Notes under the pieces: model-generated
Told to the model about the DNA's origin: nothing
Database searches by the model: none
Seen by the model: the letters and a program-made list of their open reading frames with translations, nothing else
Translations under genes and position numbers: made by a program
In this document: positions 1 to 7,953 of the stretch, in pieces
Layout of the letters: the number at the start of each line of letters is the position of its first letter
Position numbering within the stretch: position 1 is the first letter of the stretch
Assembly (NCBI GenBank): GCA_963678775.2
Contig: CAXXGR010000008.1
Coordinates: 272,632-296,631, forward strand
Origin: Candidatus Kapaibacterium sp.
Lineage (GTDB): Bacteria > Bacteroidota > Ignavibacteria > Kapaibacteriales > UBA2268
DNA length: 24,000 nt
Reading direction: 5' to 3'

Positions 1-47
1 CATGGAAACCAAGAATTAAACCATGTTTTCTTGAATACATAAAACTT

Positions 48-203
48 TTACCTCACTGGCTTGTAAGCTTTAGTCAGTTCTCCATTTTTATTTAAAATCT
101 TGGCATTTTTAAGCAACTCAATAGTGCTTACTTTATTAGATTTTATTTTCTCAGCTAGCTTTGAGAAGGATTTTATGTATTTATTTTGCTCTGATGTTGT
201 CAT
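48..203 (-). CDS. small hypothetical protein (51 aa); possibly the first gene of a two-gene, toxin-antitoxin-like cassette that leaves the window
   Basis: Below the ORF-track size cutoff. Manual reverse-strand translation from ATG (203-201) to TAA (50-48) gives MTTSEQNKYIKSFSKLAEKIKSNKVSTIELLKNAKILNKNGELTKAYKPVR. Seven nt downstream a second ATG (40-38) opens MYSRKHGLILGFH..., which runs off the left edge. No family recognised. Confidence 0.3.
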   Translation of the reverse strand: MTTSEQNKYIKSFSKLAEKIKSNKVSTIELLKNAKILNKNGELTKAYKPVR

Positions 204-356
204 AATATTTACCTAAGTAGATATAAATATATAGTTTACAATATACTATAAATTTTGTTTATAATCAATATATCTTTATAAACGTATTATCTTCAACTCC
301 CTTTTATGGCACAGTTTTTTATTCTTTTATGAAAAAGAATATTTTTGAGGTCTACT

Positions 357-1676
357 ATGAATGAGCTGTTCCCTTCATCAAATCCTAAACAGGATAAGTC
401 TTATCAGCCGCTTGCTGAAAGGATAAGGCCAAGAACTATTGACGAAATTTTTGGTCAGGAGCATCTTGTTGGTGACGGAGCTCCTTTGCGAGTGTTTATG
501 CACAGAAAGCAGTTTCACTCCATTATTTTCTGGGGCCCTCCAGGCACCGGCAAAACTACTTTGGCTTTGCTAATTGCAGAGTACGCTGACACTGATTTTA
601 TCAGACTTTCCGCTGTGGAAGCCGGAGTAAAAGATGTCCGCGAGGTTATCTTAAAGGCAAGCCAAAGGCTCAAGTCAGGTAAACGCACTCTACTTTTTAT
701 AGATGAGATCCATAGGTTTAACAAATCGCAACAGGACGCTTTGCTACATGCGGTTGAAAATGGTATTATTATTCTAATTGGTGCAACTACTGAAAATCCA
801 TCATTTGAAGTAAATTCTGCCTTGCTTAGTCGCTGCCAGGTATATAAATTAAAAAGCCTTAGCGAAGAGCAGGTACTAAGACTAATAAATCATGCTCTCG
901 AAAAAGATGAGATATTAAAAGCTGCCGGCACAGAAATAGAAGATAAAGAGTTCCTCGTCAGTATTTCCGGTGGAGATGCTCGCACTGTGCTAAATGCTAT
1001 AGATTTAGCTTTTAAACTTGCCGAAAAGAAAGACGACAAGGTCATTTTGACAAAAGAATTATTCCATAAGGCTCTTCAACAAAAAACTACCATTTATGAT
1101 AAAAAAGGCGAAGAACACTACGATACTATTTCAGCCTTTATCAAATCTATGCGTGGTTCGGATCCTGATGCAGCTCTGTTCTGGCTTGCCAAAATGTTGG
1201 AAGCAGGCGAAGATCCTAAATTTATCGCACGCAGATTAATCATATTTGCATCCGAAGACGTAGGAAATGCAGACACTTATGCTATTACTCTGGCTGTTTC
1301 TACATTCAAGGCAGTGGAAGTAATTGGTATGCCTGAGTGTAGAATTAATCTTGGTCAGGCTGTAACATACCTTGCCTCCTGCCCTAAATCAAATGCAGCA
1401 TATCTGGGCATTAATAAAGCAATGGCAGATGTAAAAAGCGGTGCGGACGTATCAGTACCCATGCACTTAGGCAATGCCCCAACTAAATTTATGAAAAACG
1501 AAGGTTATGGCAAGGGCTATCAATATCCACACGACTTCCCGTTCCACTTTGTCCAGGAAAATTACTTCCCAGACAGTATCAAATATAAACAATATTATAT
1601 TCCGGGTGAGTTTGGCAAAGAAAAAGTCTTTTTAGAAAGACTAAAACTTATGTGGCCTGATAGATTTGAGGAGTAG
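357..1676 (+). CDS. rarA: replication-associated recombination protein A (RarA/MgsA AAA+ ATPase)
   Basis: Walker A GPPGTGKTT, Walker B LLFIDEIHRFNK, ATTENPSFE, and a C-terminal MgsA-type helical region (HYDTISAFIKSMRGSDPDAALFWLAKMLEAGEDPKFIARR). The track start is TTG 345. ATG 357 (MNELF...) with GAGG 6 nt upstream is preferred. Confidence 0.93.
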   Translation: MNELFPSSNPKQDKSYQPLAERIRPRTIDEIFGQEHLVGDGAPLRVFMHRKQFHSIIFWGPPGTGKTTLALLIAEYADTDFIRLSAVEAGVKDVREVILKASQRLKSGKRTLLFIDEIHRFNKSQQDALLHAVENGIIILIGATTENPSFEVNSALLSRCQVYKLKSLSEEQVLRLINHALEKDEILKAAGTEIEDKEFLVSISGGDARTVLNAIDLAFKLAEKKDDKVILTKELFHKALQQKTTIYDKKGEEHYDTISAFIKSMRGSDPDAALFWLAKMLEAGEDPKFIARRLIIFASEDVGNADTYAITLAVSTFKAVEVIGMPECRINLGQAVTYLASCPKSNAAYLGINKAMADVKSGADVSVPMHLGNAPTKFMKNEGYGKGYQYPHDFPFHFVQENYFPDSIKYKQYYIPGEFGKEKVFLERLKLMWPDRFEE

Positions 1677-1775
1677 GGGGACATAATGCCCCTTTGATAA
1701 AAAATACAGAATATGTATTTTCGTTTTTCTGAATAATATTACTTATTTTGATTTAGTGAAATATTTTCCCACACC

Positions 1776-1807
1776 ACTCGCTTTTGCGAGTCACCCCTCA
1801 AGAGGGG
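1776..1807 (+). other. two adjacent GC-rich hairpins (ACTCGC-tttt-GCGAGT and CCCC-tcaaga-GGGG) directly upstream of the ATPase gene
   Basis: Inverted repeats read directly at 1776-1791 and 1794-1807. No T-tract follows, so this is not a canonical terminator. Function unknown. Confidence 0.5.
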
Positions 1808-1828
1808 AATTAGACGGAATAGATTTTT

Positions 1829-2914
1829 ATGGAATTCATTTTTATCAAAAACTATAAGGCTATAAAGTTATTAAAAATAGATAGCCTTAGTAGAGTAAAT
1901 GTTTTTACCGGTAAAAACAATACAGGCAAATCCTCTTTATTAGAGGCAATCGCACTATTGGCTTCCCAAGGAAGTTTAAAATGGATAAAAATTATTCTTG
2001 AATTACGTGGAGAAAATGTTGATAATGACTTTTTTGACTTTGATAGAAATTATAGAATATTAGCTTCTCTTTTTTCAAATAGGAACAATGCTGTTAATTT
2101 TGAAAATATAATTACTATTGAAAGTAGCAACAAATCTTTCTTTGCACGATTTGTCTATTATGTCAAAAACTACACGCGTGCGATGATAAACGGCAAAGAA
2201 GTTTTCGGAGATGTTACAACCATTTTAAGCAAAGATGAAGAAGATGAAGATAAAAAAGTTGGTTTAGAGATAGGTAATGATGAAGATGCCCATCTATTGG
2301 AATTTGATACCAATATGTTAAAAATCAACAGTTTATCTCAAGAATCTACTCCCATACATTTCATAAATTCTTACGGGAAAGCTTTAGAGGAATCATCAGT
2401 ATTGTGGGATAAAATAACTCTGACTGATAAAGAAGATTCCGTGGTAGAAGCACTTCGAATTATTGATCCTAAAATACAGAGGTTGTCTTTTATTAGCGAA
2501 GAATATTCCAATAATAAAAGATACCCAGTTGTTAAACTTGAAGGAAGTAAGGAAGTCTTGCCACTTCAAAGTATGGGTGATGGTATAAATCGTATTCTGA
2601 AGGTGATTCTGGCAGCAGTTAACTGTGAAAATGGAACATTGCTTATTGATGAGTTTGAAAACGGATTACATCATAGCGTTCAACAAAAACTATGGGAAGT
2701 CATATTTAGTATTTCTAAAAAGTTAAATATACAGGTGTTTGTTACTACTCACAGCGAAGATGCAATTCATACATTTGCAAAAGTTTTAGAAAAAGACGAA
2801 ACTAATGAAGGTAGTTTGTATCGATTAGCTTATCGCAATGATAATCTTACCGCAAATCTATTTACAGAAGAAGAAATAAAAAATGCAGCTAAACTAAATA
2901 TAGATTTGAGGTAG
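1829..2914 (+). CDS. stand-alone ABC/SMC-like ATPase (AAA_21/AAA_15-type), predicted conflict-system ATPase
   Basis: Walker A GKNNTGKS (aa 28-35), signature-like LQSMGDG, Walker B LLIDEFENGLH and H-loop VTTHS. A long insert separates Walker A from the signature motif. No transporter partner is present. Confidence 0.8.
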   Translation: MEFIFIKNYKAIKLLKIDSLSRVNVFTGKNNTGKSSLLEAIALLASQGSLKWIKIILELRGENVDNDFFDFDRNYRILASLFSNRNNAVNFENIITIESSNKSFFARFVYYVKNYTRAMINGKEVFGDVTTILSKDEEDEDKKVGLEIGNDEDAHLLEFDTNMLKINSLSQESTPIHFINSYGKALEESSVLWDKITLTDKEDSVVEALRIIDPKIQRLSFISEEYSNNKRYPVVKLEGSKEVLPLQSMGDGINRILKVILAAVNCENGTLLIDEFENGLHHSVQQKLWEVIFSISKKLNIQVFVTTHSEDAIHTFAKVLEKDETNEGSLYRLAYRNDNLTANLFTEEEIKNAAKLNIDLR

Positions 2915-2915
2915 T

Positions 2916-3524
2916 ATGGATAAGATTCTTTTAGTAGAAGGAAGTGATGATCTTCATGTTTTTTCAGCACTATTTGAAAAATATAAGTTACCTGAATCAT
3001 TCAAAATTGAAGATACAAAAGGTATTTCAAATCTATTAGCTTCAATCCCTATTTATATCAAGGCTCAGCAAACTCATATAGGAATAGTTGTTGATGCAGA
3101 TGAAGACTTGCAAGCCCGTTGGCAAGCTGTTACTAGTCAATTAGAACCTTTTGGTTATAGAATACCTGCTTCTTCGAATCCTCAAGGATCTATATTAAAA
3201 AATACTGGTTATCCGACCGTTGGAATATGGGTAATGCCAAATAACCAATTGACAGGCATGATTGAAGATTTTATGGCATATCTTATTCCTGAACATGATT
3301 TGCTGCTGGAAAAAGCAGGTGTAATTTTAGATCAGTTAGAAGCAGAAGGTCTAAACAAATACAAGGCAATTCATAAATCAAAAGCTAAAATCCATACTTG
3401 GCTTGCTTGGCAAAAGTCACCCGGAACTCCTTTGGGATCAGCTATCACAAAGAAATACTTCGATGCGAACAATAAAGAAGCACAAAAATTTATTCAATGG
3501 ATTAGGGATTTGTTTGACTGTTAA
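2916..3524 (+). CDS. Toprim-like (DUF3226/DUF4435/OLD-nuclease-like) protein partnered with the ABC-type ATPase
   Basis: ATG lies 1 nt after the ATPase stop, with GAGG 4 nt upstream. N-terminal ILLVEGSDD (Glu8) plus IVVDADED (Asp60, Asp62) match the Glu + DxD Toprim signature. Family assignment is by eye only. Confidence 0.6.
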   Translation: MDKILLVEGSDDLHVFSALFEKYKLPESFKIEDTKGISNLLASIPIYIKAQQTHIGIVVDADEDLQARWQAVTSQLEPFGYRIPASSNPQGSILKNTGYPTVGIWVMPNNQLTGMIEDFMAYLIPEHDLLLEKAGVILDQLEAEGLNKYKAIHKSKAKIHTWLAWQKSPGTPLGSAITKKYFDANNKEAQKFIQWIRDLFDC

Positions 3525-4102
3525 GCTTTTCCCTGCTTCACTTCAGGCTTTAAATTCCATTTTTTGTCTATCTGCTTAGCAAGTAAAGTAATCAAAAAGC
3601 CTACGCTCGTTCCTAAAATCGCGCCGCCTGTAATATCAATAGGATAGTGCACTCCTACATATACTCTTGAAAATGCAACAGTTGCCGCTATGCCGTAAAA
3701 CCAATATCTGTTTTTTCTGAAATAATATGTCAATATTGTTGCCAGGGCAAAGTTGTTTGTGGCATGTGACGAAGGAAATGATTTGCCACCACCACAGCCT
3801 ACAAGCAGGCGAATATCATCTCCGCTCAGCGTGTGACATGGTCTTGGTCTTGCAAAAAATTCTTTCAGTATACGACTCGATAACTCATTGGCAAGACCAA
3901 CAGTTAAAACAATCATAAATGCATAAAACAAACCTTTCCACCTAAATTTTATAAATAAATATAAAAATCCTATGATATATACAGGAGTCCAATATTTTAT
4001 ACTAGTAATAATTGGCATCGCCAAATCCATTATTATATTAGACATTTCGGCATTTACAAACTGAAATATTTCAGTATCTATTTGTAAAATCTGCTCCAAC
4101 AT
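3521..4102 (-). CDS. PAP2-family lipid phosphatase (phosphatidic acid / undecaprenyl-diphosphate phosphatase type)
   Basis: All three PAP2 motifs are present: KEFFARPRP (KxxxxxxRP), PSSH (PSGH) and SRVYVGVHYPIDI (SRxxxxxHxxxD). The protein is multi-TM. Its stop codon overlaps the convergent stop of the 2916-3524 gene. Confidence 0.88.
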   Translation of the reverse strand: MLEQILQIDTEIFQFVNAEMSNIIMDLAMPIITSIKYWTPVYIIGFLYLFIKFRWKGLFYAFMIVLTVGLANELSSRILKEFFARPRPCHTLSGDDIRLLVGCGGGKSFPSSHATNNFALATILTYYFRKNRYWFYGIAATVAFSRVYVGVHYPIDITGGAILGTSVGFLITLLAKQIDKKWNLKPEVKQGKA

Positions 4103-4148
4103 ACTGAATACCTTTTTATTATCTAAATTTTATTATACTTGTAACCAC

Positions 4149-4192
4149 TTATCCACAAACGAGTTATAAAGATGTGGGATACTTGTGGAAAA
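4149..4192. promoter_or_regulatory. DnaA-box pair in the PAP2/nrdJ divergent intergenic region
   Basis: A perfect TTATCCACA lies at 4149-4157. TGTGGAAAA at 4184-4192 is the reverse complement of TTTTCCACA, which fits TTWTNCACA. A weaker TGTGGGATA lies at 4173-4181. Confidence 0.45.
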
Positions 4193-4305
4193 CAATAGTC
4201 TTTTATGAAAAATATAGACCTTAATTTGTATCTTAAGCGAAGTAGCCACTAAAAGAAACTATTATTAGTTTACCCCTTTTACGGGACTCGCTTTAAGTTT
4301 GTTAT

Positions 4306-4376
4306 ACACTATTATATGTATATATCAAGGTTATGTTTCACAATATACCAATTTTTAAGTTGATTTGGTATATTGT
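4306..4376 (+). promoter_or_regulatory. NrdR-box-like palindromes / inverted repeat in the nrdJ leader
   Basis: ACACTATTATATGTAT (4306-4321) and TCACAATATACCAATT (4338-4353) resemble the NrdR box acaCwAtATaTwGtgt, and their centres are 32 bp apart. ACAATATACCAA (4340-4351) and TTGGTATATTGT (4365-4376) form a perfect 12-bp inverted repeat. Confidence 0.4.
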
Positions 4377-4411
4377 CAAGTGTAATTATTGATATTTCCG
4401 ACGGTGACAGC

Positions 4412-7400
4412 ATGAAATTTAGCCGACTATTTACGAAAGATGGTGTAAGTCCATTCGACTTATTTAAATATACAAAACGGACTTCTGTTCTTAGGAATCC
4501 CGATGGTTCTGTCGTATTTGAAGCAAATGATGTAGAAGTTCCTACTTCATGGTCTCAAATGGCAACGGACATTCTTGCTCAAAAGTACTTCCGAAAAGCG
4601 GGCGTACCTCTTTTTGACGAAACAGGCAAACCGGTTTTAGATAAGGATGGCAATCAAGTGCTTGGTAGTGAAAAATCTATCAAACAAGTGGTTCACAGAT
4701 TAGCTAACACTTGGAGAACTTGGGGACAAGAGCACAACTACTTCGATACAGAAGAAGACGGAAAAATATTCTATGATGAACTTGTTTATATGCTTGTAAA
4801 TCAAATGTCTGCTCCTAATTCGCCTCAGTGGTTTAACACTGGCATATTTAACGAGTATAATATAACAGGCAACAAACAGGGACATTACTATGTAGATCCT
4901 GTTTCTAAGAAGATTAATAAGTCTAAAGATGCATACTCTCGCCCTCAGCCTCATGCTTGCTTTATCCAGTCTGTGGATGATGACTTGCTAAACGAAGGCG
5001 GTCTTTTTGATTTGGCTACCAGAGAAGCACGTATATTTAAATATGGCAGTGGTACAGGTACTAATTTCTCTAACATTAGAGCGCTGGGCGAACCTCTTTC
5101 CGGTGGCGGTATTTCTTCCGGTTTGATGAGTTTCCTAAAAATATTTGACAGGGCTGCCGGAGCTATCAAATCAGGTGGTACTACTCGCCGGGCTGCTAAG
5201 ATGGTTATTTTAGATATTGACCATCCGGATATTGAAGAGTTTATTACTTGGAAAGCCCGCGAAGAAGAAAAGGTTGCCGCTTTAGTTGCCGGCTCCAGAA
5301 TCAATAAAGCATTTTTGCAAGCGATAGTAGAAGAAGCTATTAGCAACGGCACCGACCGTAAAAATAATCAGCGACTAAACACTCTTATCCAAAGAGCTAT
5401 ACACAGAGGAACTCCTCTTAATATAATAGACAGAACATTAGATTTAGTTTCTCAGGGATTTACTTCTCTTGATTTTGAAGATTTTGATACTTATTACGAA
5501 GGCGAAGCTTATCTTACTGTAAGTGGTCAAAATTCAAACAACTCAGTACGTATCACTAATGAATTTATGCACTGCGTTGAAAATGACGAAATGTGGGAAT
5601 TAAGATACCGTACCACAGGTGAAACGGTCAAAGCTATCAGAGCTAGAGATCTCTGGAACAAAATTAATATGAGTGCTTGGAAAAGTGCTGACCCGGGTGT
5701 GCAGTATGACTCTACTATAAATGAGTGGCACACTTGCCCGGAATCAGGCAGAATTAATGCGTCTAATCCTTGTAGCGAATATATGTTCTTAGATAACACT
5801 GCTTGCAACTTAGCCAGTTTGAACTTAATGAAGTTCTATGATGAAACGACGGGCAGTTTCCTGATTGACGAATATTTACATGCTATTCGTATATGGACTG
5901 TTGTGCTTGAAATATCTGTACTTATGGCTCAGTTCCCTTCTAAAGAAGTTGCACAAAAAAGTTTTGATTTCCGTACACTGGGCTTGGGATATGCAAACAT
6001 CGGCACATTGCTTATGGTAAATGGCATTCCTTACGATTCTCCTGAAGCTTTGGCTATGACAGGTGCTTTGACTGCTATGCTTACAGGCCAGGCTTACGCG
6101 ACTTCTGCGGAAATGGCGAAAGAGTTAGGTACATTTGACAAATATGACATCAATAAAGAACACATGCTCAGAGTAATTCGTAATCATCGCCGTGCGGCTT
6201 ACAATGAAGCTCCGGCAAAATACGAAGACCTTACTGTAAGACCAATGGGTATCAATCCAAAATATGTGGATGAAAAGCTGGTTGCTGCTGCAAGAGCTAC
6301 ATGGGACAAAGCTTTGGAATTAGGCGAAGAGAATGGTTACAGAAACGCTCAGGTTTCTGTGATAGCTCCTACCGGAACTATTGGCCTGGTAATGGATTGT
6401 GACACTACCGGCATAGAACCAGACTTCGCTATTATCAAATACAAAAAACTTTCAGGCGGCGGTTATTTCAAAATTGTTAACCAATCAGTACGCAAGGCTC
6501 TTTCTAAATTGGGCTACAGCAACAAACAGATTGAAGATATTGAAAAATACTCAAAAGGTAATGCCACTTTAGCCGGGTGCCCTTATATTAATAAAAACTC
6601 TCTTGAAGCAAAAGGCTTTTCAAAAGAGCAGTTAGACGCCATCGAGCCTCAACTTGCATCTGTCTTTGATATTACTTTTGCTTTTAATAAATGGTCACTT
6701 GGCGAAGATTTCCTAAAATCATTAGGATTCTTCGAAAGCGACTATAACGATTCTAAATTCAATTTGCTAAAACGACTTGGATTTACTGATCAGCAAATAG
6801 ATGCCGCTAACGATTATGTATGCGGGACTATGATGATTGAAAATGCACCTCACTTGAAAGAAGAGCATTTGACTATTTTTGACACTGCCAACAAATGCGG
6901 TAGAAAAGGCACTCGCTTTATCCACCACATGGCTCATGTCAGAATTATGGCTGCTGCTCAACCTTTCATTTCAGGCGCTATCTCTAAAACTGTAAATATG
7001 CCACAGGAAGCATCTGTTTCTGAAATTGGCGACGTTTACATGACTTCATGGAAGTCTATGGTGAAAGCTATTGCCCTCTACAGAGACAGCTCTAAACTTT
7101 CACAGCCTTTGAATACTACGAACTACTCGGATTTGGATGAAATTATTACTCTTGGTGATGAAAACACATTAGACGAAACTAAAGGACCAAAAGAGGTTCA
7201 GGAAATTATTGCTGATAGAATTCATTACAAACTTGTACGCCATAAACTTCCTAAAAAACGCTCCGGTCACATCAGAGAGGCTTACGTTGGTGGGCATAAA
7301 GTCTTTTTGAGAACGGGCGAATATGAAGATGGTTCTCTAGGTGAACTTTTCATCGATATGTACAAAGAAGGTGCTTCATTCCGTGGCTTGCTGAATAGTT

Positions 7401-7924
7401 TTGCTATTTTGGCTTCAAAAGCCTTGCAGTACGGTGTACCTTTGGAAGAATTGGTGGATTCATTCACTTTTACAAGATTTGAACCTGCCGGATTGGTAGA
7501 CGGCCATGAAGCTATTAAAAATTCCACTTCTGTTTTGGATTATGTTTTCCGCTCACTTGGGTATGACTATCTTGGAAGAAATGATTTTGTGCATGTTAAC
7601 GCTGTGGACGAAGACAGACATGATAACGACTCAAGTCCGGCAATCTCTACGCCTACAATTATAGATACAGATGAAACTCTGCCATCTGATGAGGAAGATA
7701 TCGAGCCGGAGTTTATTGATGAGTTAGTGTCTGTAGGCTCAGAAGCAATCACTAACAGCAGTACAAATGGAACAGCTACTGCGACTCTTACAGTGAGTAA
7801 AGACGATGCAGTTGCCTTTGGCTATACAGGCGAGCAATGCGCTCAGTGCGGTTCTGCCAGAGTAAAACGCAACGGTAGCTGCACTGTATGTGAAGATTGC
7901 GGTAGCACAAGTGGTTGCTCATAA
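4412..7924 (+). CDS. nrdJ: adenosylcobalamin-dependent (class II) ribonucleoside-triphosphate/diphosphate reductase
   Basis: The NrdJ-type N-terminus reads MKFSRLFTKDGVSPFD...VEVPTSWSQMATDILAQKYFRK. The active-site region is SNPCSEY...TACNLASLNL. There is no ATP-cone and no adjacent nrdB. The C-terminal tail is Cys-rich (CxxC...CxxC plus terminal Cys). The track start is TTG 4373. ATG 4412 is preferred because homologues start at MKF. Confidence 0.93.
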   Translation: MKFSRLFTKDGVSPFDLFKYTKRTSVLRNPDGSVVFEANDVEVPTSWSQMATDILAQKYFRKAGVPLFDETGKPVLDKDGNQVLGSEKSIKQVVHRLANTWRTWGQEHNYFDTEEDGKIFYDELVYMLVNQMSAPNSPQWFNTGIFNEYNITGNKQGHYYVDPVSKKINKSKDAYSRPQPHACFIQSVDDDLLNEGGLFDLATREARIFKYGSGTGTNFSNIRALGEPLSGGGISSGLMSFLKIFDRAAGAIKSGGTTRRAAKMVILDIDHPDIEEFITWKAREEEKVAALVAGSRINKAFLQAIVEEAISNGTDRKNNQRLNTLIQRAIHRGTPLNIIDRTLDLVSQGFTSLDFEDFDTYYEGEAYLTVSGQNSNNSVRITNEFMHCVENDEMWELRYRTTGETVKAIRARDLWNKINMSAWKSADPGVQYDSTINEWHTCPESGRINASNPCSEYMFLDNTACNLASLNLMKFYDETTGSFLIDEYLHAIRIWTVVLEISVLMAQFPSKEVAQKSFDFRTLGLGYANIGTLLMVNGIPYDSPEALAMTGALTAMLTGQAYATSAEMAKELGTFDKYDINKEHMLRVIRNHRRAAYNEAPAKYEDLTVRPMGINPKYVDEKLVAAARATWDKALELGEENGYRNAQVSVIAPTGTIGLVMDCDTTGIEPDFAIIKYKKLSGGGYFKIVNQSVRKALSKLGYSNKQIEDIEKYSKGNATLAGCPYINKNSLEAKGFSKEQLDAIEPQLASVFDITFAFNKWSLGEDFLKSLGFFESDYNDSKFNLLKRLGFTDQQIDAANDYVCGTMMIENAPHLKEEHLTIFDTANKCGRKGTRFIHHMAHVRIMAAAQPFISGAISKTVNMPQEASVSEIGDVYMTSWKSMVKAIALYRDSSKLSQPLNTTNYSDLDEIITLGDENTLDETKGPKEVQEIIADRIHYKLVRHKLPKKRSGHIREAYVGGHKVFLRTGEYEDGSLGELFIDMYKEGASFRGLLNSFAILASKALQYGVPLEELVDSFTFTRFEPAGLVDGHEAIKNSTSVLDYVFRSLGYDYLGRNDFVHVNAVDEDRHDNDSSPAISTPTIIDTDETLPSDEEDIEPEFIDELVSVGSEAITNSSTNGTATATLTVSKDDAVAFGYTGEQCAQCGSARVKRNGSCTVCEDCGSTSGCS

Positions 7925-7953
7925 TTTGATTTTTAGCATTTGATTTTGATTAA

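Noticed and set aside
345-356. Upstream alternative starts offered by the ORF track: TTG 345 for rarA, TTG 4373 for nrdJ and GTG 9971 for creD.
   Set aside because: Downstream ATGs (357, 4412, 10016) give N-termini matching the typical family starts. At 357 and 10016 they have better Shine-Dalgarno context. The nrdJ extension overlaps a regulatory inverted repeat.
515-724. Antisense or overlapping track ORFs inside well-supported genes. Examples are 515-724, 3727-3918, 4700-4954, 4951-5352, 5527-5808, 6767-6961, 7282-7527, 7567-7752, 13386-13634, 13598-14050, 15987-16232, 16508-16711, 17034-17231, 20392-20574, 21996-22259 and 22762-22998.
   Set aside because: Each lies wholly within, and opposite to or out of frame with, a gene that has strong family motifs. 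Their translations are low-complexity with no recognisable motifs. They are treated as shadow ORFs.
1677-1695. Hairpin GGGG-a-CA / TG-CCCC overlapping the rarA stop, as a terminator.
   Set aside because: The stem is only 6 bp with a bulge and a 3-nt loop, and the T-tract is only 3 nt. This is too weak to call.
4103-4411. Cobalamin riboswitch upstream of the B12-dependent nrdJ.
   Set aside because: The 309-nt leader is AT-rich and has none of the conserved GC-rich B12-box or paired elements I would expect. DnaA- and NrdR-type DNA sites explain the conserved-looking sequence better.
4412-7924. An intein as the reason for the unusual length of NrdJ.
   Set aside because: There is no Cys/Ser-initiated splicing block or terminal His-Asn + Cys/Ser/Thr junction. 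The extra length is explained by the helical repeat insert and the long C-terminal linker.
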